Source: Euryarchaeota archaeon UBA257 (GTDB lineage: Archaea > Thermoplasmatota > Poseidoniia > Poseidoniales > Thalassarchaeaceae). Taken from it: a stretch of 64,000 nucleotides of DNA. A program made the position numbers and the translations under genes. The notes under the pieces are model-generated. The model saw only the letters and a list, made by a program, of their open reading frames with translations, had not been told where the DNA came from and did not search any database. The stretch is taken from the NCBI GenBank assembly GCA_002498985.1, contig DAJO01000037.1, positions 3,356-67,355 on the forward strand. Direction: 5' to 3'. Positions 1 to 8,000 of this stretch are shown here, one piece after another (position 1 is the first letter of the stretch; every line of letters begins with the position of its first letter).

Positions 1-1
1 G

Positions 2-556
2 ATAGTATTATTCTGGAATAGAGGCGTGATTTTACGGCTTGGTGATGGTTCCATAGAAATGCAACAGCATGAAAGAAAAAAATTAATCCGAATTAGAGAA
101 AGAATATCTCAACAAATAAATGAGAATGGAGATTTTCAAGGAATATTGGATTCTGCTTTAATGCAGTTAGGAGAAAGCCCCTGGAGTTCAATAAATGAAA
201 TATGGGGTCTGCCTGAACTAAGGCATCTCACAGAACAAATTGAAATTTGTGCTTGGAAGATTTCTGAAGATAGTAATAATCTTCTTTTGGGATTAAAAAC
301 CTCTGATTGGGCATGGGAAGTTGCGTCAATCAGACTAAATTATCCAGAAGGCAATAAACTCTCAATCATTGATGTTTCACCTAATTATCTCTCAAAAGAA
401 GATGAGATATTCATAGATACTTTGCCTAAGAAATCACAAATATTCCTGAGGATTGCATTAGAGGGGGAATCTGCAAACCTAGCTTTAGAATTATCAGGAC
501 TAGTTGAAGGAGAGCCGTTGGCTGCGACACCAAATAAAATTATTGAATGGGCTTAA
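2..556 (+). CDS. hypothetical protein, probably 5'-truncated by the window edge
   Basis: The frame of ORF 26..556 stays open back to position 2 (ATA GTA TTA TTC TGG AAT AGA GGC GTG). Its stop overlaps the dnaJ stop convergently. No recognisable motif. Confidence 0.7.
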   Translation: MVLFWNRGVILRLGDGSIEMQQHERKKLIRIRERISQQINENGDFQGILDSALMQLGESPWSSINEIWGLPELRHLTEQIEICAWKISEDSNNLLLGLKTSDWAWEVASIRLNYPEGNKLSIIDVSPNYLSKEDEIFIDTLPKKSQIFLRIALEGESANLALELSGLVEGEPLAATPNKIIEWA

Positions 557-1704
557 CCATTGCGTCTTGATCTAGCTTCTTTACGGATTTTTTCTTCGAG
601 TTCTTCATTAGAGTAATTCATTTCATCTCTGATGTCAATCAATTTTTTCTTGAAGGTTCTGGTGATTTTTTCCGGCATATCTAATTTTAAAAGTACCATA
701 ATTGAACCACGCCCATTACGTGCTCGGTTACTGGGTAAACCACGACCTTTTACAGAAATTGTTTGACTAGGTTTTGAGCCAGGAGGAATTTTAATTTTCA
801 GAATTTCACCATCTAAATGAGGAATTTCTACCGTAGTACCAAGTACCAAATCTGTGAATGTTAAAGGTAATGCCATCAGTAAATCAGCACCATCTCTTTC
901 AAACCATTCATGTTCTTGAACATCTATCTCAATATACAAATGACCAGGATCACCGTTTTCCGATTTAGATGATTCCCCATAACCTGACATCCTAAGTCTT
1001 TGACCGTTTTCTATACCTGGAGGGACTGTAAATTGTACTTTTTTAGTCTGATTCGCACGGCCTTGGCCTCTACAATTAGAGCAAGGGTTCTGAATAATTC
1101 TACCCTCTCCTTTGCATGATGGACAATCAGAAACTACTTGTTGAGTAAATGGCCCTAATCTCTCTATTCTTTGGATACGACCACGCCCATCACAAGCAGG
1201 ACATTCTCTAACATCAGCCATATTTTTTGAACCAAGGCCATTGCAATCATTACATGTTTTTAGCACCTCAAATTCTAATGATTCTTCACACCCGTTCATT
1301 AAAGCTTCAAATGGAATTGAATGACTGACAAGTAAATCAGAACCTCTTTGCCTCTTATTTCTTCTTGGACTGGAAGATCCAAAGATTGAACTGAAAACAC
1401 TCTCAAAGCCTCCTCCAAACAAATCTTCAACACTAATATTCACGCCTTGGAATCCGCCAGCCCCAAATGGTGAGCCCCCTGGACCGTTATGCCCATAAGT
1501 GTCATATTTTCTCTTTTCACTAGGATTTGAAAGAATCGCATACGCTTCTTGAACTTCTTTGAATTTTAATTCTGATTCTGGATCATTAGGATTCTTATCA
1601 GGATGAAATTTTCTCGCTAAACTACGAAATGATTTCTTAATTTCTGATTGACTAGCATCTCTTTTAATATCTAGAACCTCATAATAATCTCTTTTCACAG
1701 ACAT
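553..1704 (-). CDS. dnaJ: molecular chaperone DnaJ (type I)
   Basis: J-domain (DYYEVL...HPDKN), G/F-rich linker, four CxxCxGxG repeats (CNDCNGLG, CPACDGRG, CPSCKGEG, CSNCRGQG) and C-terminal domain. SD-like AGGTGAG upstream. Confidence 0.97.
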   Translation of the reverse strand: MSVKRDYYEVLDIKRDASQSEIKKSFRSLARKFHPDKNPNDPESELKFKEVQEAYAILSNPSEKRKYDTYGHNGPGGSPFGAGGFQGVNISVEDLFGGGFESVFSSIFGSSSPRRNKRQRGSDLLVSHSIPFEALMNGCEESLEFEVLKTCNDCNGLGSKNMADVRECPACDGRGRIQRIERLGPFTQQVVSDCPSCKGEGRIIQNPCSNCRGQGRANQTKKVQFTVPPGIENGQRLRMSGYGESSKSENGDPGHLYIEIDVQEHEWFERDGADLLMALPLTFTDLVLGTTVEIPHLDGEILKIKIPPGSKPSQTISVKGRGLPSNRARNGRGSIMVLLKLDMPEKITRTFKKKLIDIRDEMNYSNEELEEKIRKEARSRRNG

Positions 1705-1755
1705 AAACTCACCTAAATTTATTTTATTATCGATTCCCTATGAATTGTTTTATTT

Positions 1756-2511
1756 TCACGATAAGTATGTCCCACATGAGGTGCAATAAGGATTATTTGA
1801 GTTATTTAGAGTACCGCATTCTTTGCACGAAGCAACAGTTGGTTTTAATTGAGTTTTTGAAGAGACATCCCATTGGTTTTCATCATTTTGATTGTATCCC
1901 TTTACTTTAGACTTATTATTTGATTTCTTAATTTCTTTCTTAGCAGCCTTGAGTCTTTTTTTCTCTAATCTCTTTAGAGCGGATTTTTCTAATTTCTTTG
2001 TTAAAAATGATTTAGAGGCCTCAGTATTATTTTTTTCAATTATTACTTCATCGATAATTGTACCTATATTTCTATGATGAGTGACTACTTCAATTTCATC
2101 ATCGATATCGACCTCTTTCTCAAATGATTCTGCATTCAATGAACCTATGTTTCCAGACATTTTAGCCTGTATTAATGCCCCTTTTCGGCCCTTTAGTTGT
2201 TCAGAAGATTGTTCTTCGAGTTTTTTAATAGCGATTTCAGATTTATCCCACAACCCTTTATCTTCTTGAGAATATGATTTACGAAGTCTTTTTATGGTTG
2301 CGGAGCGATGATATTCATGATCTTCAATTACCCTATATCTAGAAAACATTACCAAACCGATAATAAGTGCAATGAGGTGTATAGAAAATTCGATTATTAT
2401 ATCGTTTGAAATTACTTCGTTGATTCTAGTAAGGCCAAATCTTAATGCTACTATACAAAGTGTTGGTGCCAATAATAACGCTCCGGAGATGGTACTAGAG
2501 CGCTCTGCCAT
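1756..2511 (-). CDS. membrane protein with two N-terminal TM helices and a C-terminal zinc ribbon
   Basis: Two hydrophobic segments, a charged/Lys-rich middle, and C-terminal CKECG-x9-CTSCG. Start placed at MAERS; the ORF track starts at 2526. Confidence 0.75.
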   Translation of the reverse strand: MAERSSTISGALLLAPTLCIVALRFGLTRINEVISNDIIIEFSIHLIALIIGLVMFSRYRVIEDHEYHRSATIKRLRKSYSQEDKGLWDKSEIAIKKLEEQSSEQLKGRKGALIQAKMSGNIGSLNAESFEKEVDIDDEIEVVTHHRNIGTIIDEVIIEKNNTEASKSFLTKKLEKSALKRLEKKRLKAAKKEIKKSNNKSKVKGYNQNDENQWDVSSKTQLKPTVASCKECGTLNNSNNPYCTSCGTYLS

Positions 2512-2605
2512 GATACACCTCAGCAACTATTCAATTTCAATCATTCGTGTTAGTGGGAGATTATTCATACAGAGAACTCATGACTGGTGGGCTGGACGGA
2601 CATTC

Positions 2606-3124
2606 ATGGAACCAGTGATTAGAATTTCTTCTACGGTCCAACCATATGAAGATGCTGAAAAGATTTTGAAGTCGATAAAAATGTTTTTCCCTGATTGTGA
2701 AATAAATGAAATACCTGGAAAAGGAGTATTTCCAACGAAAAATAAAGAACAAATAATTCATGGAACTTCATCTACTTTTGATATTTTATTAAATCAAATC
2801 AAAATACAAAGAATTTTAGATACAGCTCTTGATGTTATGACGATAAATTCTGATAATAGTTACACCTATTTTTTAATCTCAAGACAGGCTGCCATCACAG
2901 GCAAAGTTTCTTTTGTTGTAGATGAAGGAGCACTTGGTGGTATGATTAGAATTGAAATTTCTGGTGAAAATATCGATATTTGGTTGGAACAACAAACCTG
3001 GCACGAAGGAAGGAATGAGTTTCCAAGATTTTCTGGAGATGAATTGGCTATGAGAAGAGATGGTGAACCAACAGAATGGTTTGATAAAAGAGGAAATCCA
3101 ACAATCAATATCGATGAGGATTAG
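2606..3124 (+). CDS. UPF0201/DUF54-family archaeal putative RNA-binding protein
   Basis: Motifs VQPYEDAEKILKSI..FP, QRILDTA and ISRQAAITGKVSF match the archaeal UPF0201 family. The ORF-track extension to 2372 overlaps the divergent gene and is probably spurious. Confidence 0.8.
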   Translation: MEPVIRISSTVQPYEDAEKILKSIKMFFPDCEINEIPGKGVFPTKNKEQIIHGTSSTFDILLNQIKIQRILDTALDVMTINSDNSYTYFLISRQAAITGKVSFVVDEGALGGMIRIEISGENIDIWLEQQTWHEGRNEFPRFSGDELAMRRDGEPTEWFDKRGNPTINIDED

Positions 3125-4103
3125 GAATACCTTCAATAGACCATTTTTCGACTATTGGTAAGTCAGCTGGTAACCAATTTACATCAAATAATTCCTCTTT
3201 TGATAGCCATTTCATTTCATCATGCTCTAATAACTTAATTCTATCCTCTTGGATAATTCCACAATTCAAAACCATTAACTTCACATATTTGTCATCATAG
3301 TTACAAAATTGCTCAGCAATTATTCTTGAGGGTGACACATTTAGAGAAAGTTCTTCTTTTAGCTCTCTAGATAATGCAATCTGAGGAGTTTCTCCAAACT
3401 CAATTTTGCCCCCTGGAAATTCCCACCATGATGGCCATGATTTTTCTTTGGGGCGACGACAAGATAGAATTCTATTATTTGTATCAAATATTAATCCTGC
3501 CACAACTTCCAGATAAGGCTTAGTCATACATTTAATCAAGCGAACAATGATTTCAGTTTGTTTTGAAATATCTATAATAAACTCAGAGGGTAGATGAATA
3601 AAAATAACTTTTATATCATTATATATTAGATTCTTATTAATGGTATTTAGTGTATTAAAGTAGGTTTCATTACAAATATATCGCCCAGGATCCTCACTCC
3701 ATTCAATGTGAGATTCTGCTTTAAACTCAGAATTAAGAGGCAATAAATCAGCATTTGTTTGGTACCTTTCTTTCTGATTTTTAATTATTTCACCGTTAGA
3801 TATACAACGCCCGGAATTATCAGGTTGGGACATTTTATACTCGTTATATGCATATTTTTCAAAACGAATTTTGTTGGATTTTGATGAAAATCCTAAATGT
3901 ATAATCACATCAAAAGTTTCTCCGGATTTAATCCTATTAGCAGTTAAATTACTACCAAATTCATCAACAGATAATAATTCTGTAAAAATTTTGGTTTTTC
4001 CAAAATCCATTTGTTTTAGTAATGATAATATCTTTTCAGACACGTTATGTTCGAAATTAGAAAATTTTGGATAGCCTGTGATCAACACACTTGGGGCAGC
4101 CAT
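3105..4103 (-). CDS. pyroglutamyl-peptidase I (C15) fused to a MutT-like NUDIX hydrolase
   Basis: N-terminal half: LITGYPKF, IIHLG, RFEKYAYNE (Glu), DPGRYICNETY (Cys), FIHLP (His). C-terminal half: WEFPGGKIEFGETPQIALSRELKEEL Nudix box and WLPADLP. One continuous ORF; start placed at MAAPS. Confidence 0.88.
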   Translation of the reverse strand: MAAPSVLITGYPKFSNFEHNVSEKILSLLKQMDFGKTKIFTELLSVDEFGSNLTANRIKSGETFDVIIHLGFSSKSNKIRFEKYAYNEYKMSQPDNSGRCISNGEIIKNQKERYQTNADLLPLNSEFKAESHIEWSEDPGRYICNETYFNTLNTINKNLIYNDIKVIFIHLPSEFIIDISKQTEIIVRLIKCMTKPYLEVVAGLIFDTNNRILSCRRPKEKSWPSWWEFPGGKIEFGETPQIALSRELKEELSLNVSPSRIIAEQFCNYDDKYVKLMVLNCGIIQEDRIKLLEHDEMKWLSKEELFDVNWLPADLPIVEKWSIEGIPNPHRY

Positions 4104-4188
4104 GATAATTTCGATAAGTAGGTGATAGTTGGTGTTTTCCCATACATACAATCGCTATATTCATCATTCAGGTATTCCTAGCGTGTAT

Positions 4189-4521
4189 ATGACAGAGGAG
4201 CTTGTAGTCAATATTGCTGAAGACGAAGAGCTAGAAAAAGTAAGTAGATTAGGTGTCATTGGAGTTATTTGGAGTGAACTCAATGGAGGAATTGGACCAT
4301 GGGGGACTTTGAGACCGTTATTCACGATTATTCTAGCGCTTATACCGTTCCTTTTTTTAGGTCAACACTTTAATCGGCAACACGAGAAAGCAAATGGCTG
4401 GTTCTTGATACAGTTACCATTACTCTTCACTGTGATTTTGTGGTTTCTACTATATGTTTGGTCTATTGGAGATGCATTTTTTGTTTCAAGCAGAATAGTT
4501 GCTAAAGCCGAAAATGAATGA
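4189..4521 (+). CDS. small membrane protein (2 TM)
   Basis: Two hydrophobic helices (LFTIILALIPFLFLG; WFLIQLPLLFTVILWFLLYVWSI). ATG at 4189 is in frame with the ORF-track entry. Confidence 0.7.
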   Translation: MTEELVVNIAEDEELEKVSRLGVIGVIWSELNGGIGPWGTLRPLFTIILALIPFLFLGQHFNRQHEKANGWFLIQLPLLFTVILWFLLYVWSIGDAFFVSSRIVAKAENE

Positions 4522-4992
4522 TTAAAAATTGTCATCTAACTCTAGGGGACTGAATAGATGACCGGGGCTTGTAGATTTCACTAATTGGGTTCTAATTACC
4601 CTCTCCCAGTCCCTTAGCAGCATTACCGCATTTACAAAGGGAATCTCTGAGCCATTGATTATAGTTCTAATAATTGTATCAAATATGTCCATGCGGTCTT
4701 GATCTATGTTTTGCATCAGTTTATCTAACGGGAAATCCTCTATTTTTGGAGTTTTCATCTCACCTGTAATAGGCCATGGATCAGTGATTTCCAGAGGTAG
4801 ATTTTCTTTCTCAAGAGATGCTTTCTTTTTTAATTCATTAAGAAGAATATTGATGTATTTTGAGATTACTAATGCAGATTCAATTATTGGTAGATTATAC
4901 TGCTTAACAAAATTAGATAAATTCTCTTGTAGAAAAAGCAGTTTCTCTTCCATAGAAGCTGCAGGAGATGGCATCTCCCCTTCATTGTCCAT
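4522..4992 (-). CDS. hypothetical helical protein with an apparent internal duplication
   Basis: 156-aa ORF directly downstream of the 1906-aa gene, with two similar helical segments (NLPIIESALVI / EIPFVNAVMLL). Confidence 0.7.
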   Translation of the reverse strand: MDNEGEMPSPAASMEEKLLFLQENLSNFVKQYNLPIIESALVISKYINILLNELKKKASLEKENLPLEITDPWPITGEMKTPKIEDFPLDKLMQNIDQDRMDIFDTIIRTIINGSEIPFVNAVMLLRDWERVIRTQLVKSTSPGHLFSPLELDDNF

Positions 4993-5033
4993 GTACCAAC
5001 CGAAAGTACATTAGCAAATTAATGCAATGAATC

Positions 5034-8000
5034 TCAGGTAGTAGTTCGATCGTCATATCTTATCGGCGAAGCACTATTTCCACGGACTCCATCTAACATA
5101 TCATCTTCGATCTCAAAGAAGTCATTTAACCAGTCTCCATCAGTATCCCATTTAGTTGGATCTGTACCATCTGCGATCTGATCTCCATCAATATCTAAAG
5201 TCCACCACCCATATACATATTCGCCGAGTCCAATATTAGGAAAATGATACTGATCACCTGCAAATCTCTCATAGGAATCTGCCCATTCACCGCTACAGAG
5301 GGTCTCATCGTCAGTTGTATCTAAATACTGATAATCCAAATCATTATCATCAACTATTAAGGCAAAGAGTTGGTCATTATTATTGATTTTATACATTCTG
5401 AAATAATTAGATGTCAGGGCAGATGAACCGGAGCATGTACCTAACAAAGACTCTCTTAATTGCCACCATTCTTCTACATAATTTCCTGAACAGTCATTTA
5501 ATAAAGATTGACGCACTAATGTAGGAGAAGATAATGAAGCATTTACAACCCCATAATATTCTTGGAAATTATTGTAAGGTTGGTAGACACAATTCCCTCC
5601 TGAACAGTCCCAACCACCATCATTATCAGCATCTTGGCCTGCATCATTTGCGTCTGTTGCATCATGTGTAAACCATACCCAATTCAGAACTGGTCTAGAT
5701 ATGACATTATTAGAAATCAGAACTGGTTTCAGATTATTCGCTGAAATTTGTTCCCATTGGACTTGAATTTTGAGATATGATGACCAATTGTCATTAGTTT
5801 CGTTCCAACCCCTGTAATATTCATAGAAGTCTGGCATCATATCTCCATCTGTATCGTTATCTAAAGGATTAGTACCATATTTGAAAACTTCTCTACCATC
5901 ACTTAAATTCATATCTTGAATATAGTCTGTGACTTCACCATTAGTGAATACTGGTTTCATAACCATAGAATCATCATCTGAATCAGCATCTAATGGTAAT
6001 GTCCCATTTTCATATTCCATAATATTGCTAAAGAATAGAGGAACGAGGCCATTACTAATTTGATCTTCTATATTCGCGGGAGTAAATTGTCTATTTTCCC
6101 ATTTACCTTGAGTTGCAGGGACATCTTCCCATTGCCTGTCATACCAACCATCTTCATCAGGATCATAATTTACATCGAATGGATTTATTGGGTTCATTGA
6201 CCATCTGTAGTCATTGACTGGTAAGTACTGGCCATATATCGAGAAACAATATTCCCAACCATCAGGCATTCCATCTCTATCTGAATCTGAATCAGTAGGG
6301 TCACTAATTCCAGCCAAACTAATATTGAAGTTATCAGGATTAATCTGGTTAATCAATCCAGTTTTCTCGAAAGAAGATATAGACTTCGTAGAGAACGTAA
6401 CATATAATTGACTCAGAGCCAAAGAATAACTCATAGATTGCTCATCCATGTATGCATTCACAGTATCGGCTCCGTATGATACTAAACCTGTTCCATTCGG
6501 AATGCTGTCTATTGCCAATTTTTTGCCATATATCCTAGACTCAAACTCTGCCAAATTATCGAAAGATTCGGATGGAGTAATTATTCCATCTCCATTACAA
6601 TCATAAGAGTCATCGTCACTATCAACAAAAATATCTGTATCTGTAAGAAGATTCATCTCCCAACGATTATCTTCAAGATTCCATTCAGTGAACCAATATT
6701 CGTAACCATCACTCATTCCATCTCTATCTGTATCTTCAGTAGTAGGATCTGAAACTCCAAACAATGCTTTCAATAGAGGTTTTGCTGTAGCCCCGCCTTG
6801 CCAATCTGTAAACTGCTGAAGCGCGAGTTGAGCTCTACCTTCTTTATTAAATAGAATCCTGTATACTCTGTTTTCAGCCTCAGAGGGGTCAAGATATTCT
6901 GCTTCTTCCCAAAGACGAGGAGCATCTGGAGGAGATAACCCGCCATTAAATGGATTGTTTAATGTTAAATTAAGTTCAATTTGATCAGAGATACCGTCAT
7001 TATCTGAGTCGTAATTACCATCATTTGGAACAAGTGGATTTAGGGTCCAAACACCATCTGTTGAATTCCATCTTGTGAAAATTAACTCCATACCGTCAAG
7101 TAATCCGTCAGAGTCAGTATCTGGATTATTTGGATCTGCTGTAAAACCCGTCAGATTTATCTGTTCAGGTGACAAAAATGAACCAAAAGAACTGGAAGAT
7201 TCTGCAGATAACCAAGGATTAGGGAGATACTCACCTCCAAAGTAAAGTAGATAGAATTGTGGAACTGTAATTAGATTGTCTATCTCTGAAAGATTACTAG
7301 AAATTACATTATATTCTTCCCAGTTATTCATTCCATCTCCGTCTGGGTCGCCTATACGATCATTTTCATTGACTGGATTTAGGGTCCAAGCGCTATCAAA
7401 AAGACTCCATCGAGCATGGAAAAACTCCCAGCCATCTGGCATTCCGTCTTGATCCGAATCTGAACTAAGTGGATTACCCGAACCAATATCAATTTCAGAA
7501 GTAGCATTGATTAAATTATTGTAAGAATTACTGGCATACTTACCGAATGAACCGCCAGCAAAATCTTCCCATGTATCATTGAACAATAATGTAGTGAAAT
7601 TCTCCGGGAAAGGTATCCCATTGTCTGTACTATCTGAAAAGATAAGTTCTGATTTCAAATGGAACTCCATCCAATTTACGAGTCTCTCTTCAAGTTCTAA
7701 GATGCCGTTATGATTGACATCATATCCGTCACCATCAGGGTTATTTAATGCATCAGAGCCATTCAAAGGATTCAATCCCGCTGCATCAATAGACCATGAG
7801 CAAGAATACCTTGCTTCCCAGCCATCAGGTAATGTATCTCCGTCTGAATCAACATTGTTTGGGTCAGTTGCTGTCCAATTTAACGCTGCATCTGAACTTT
7901 CACCATGAGAAGGTAATCCTTCATTAATAACTGATTGAAGTAAATTTGACCACTTATATTCACATAGATTAGAAAGTCCATCGTTATCAGCATCTTCGTC

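Noticed and set aside
553-1704. dnaJ without adjacent dnaK/grpE as an anomaly
   Set aside because: Dispersed chaperone genes are common, and the partners may lie outside the window.
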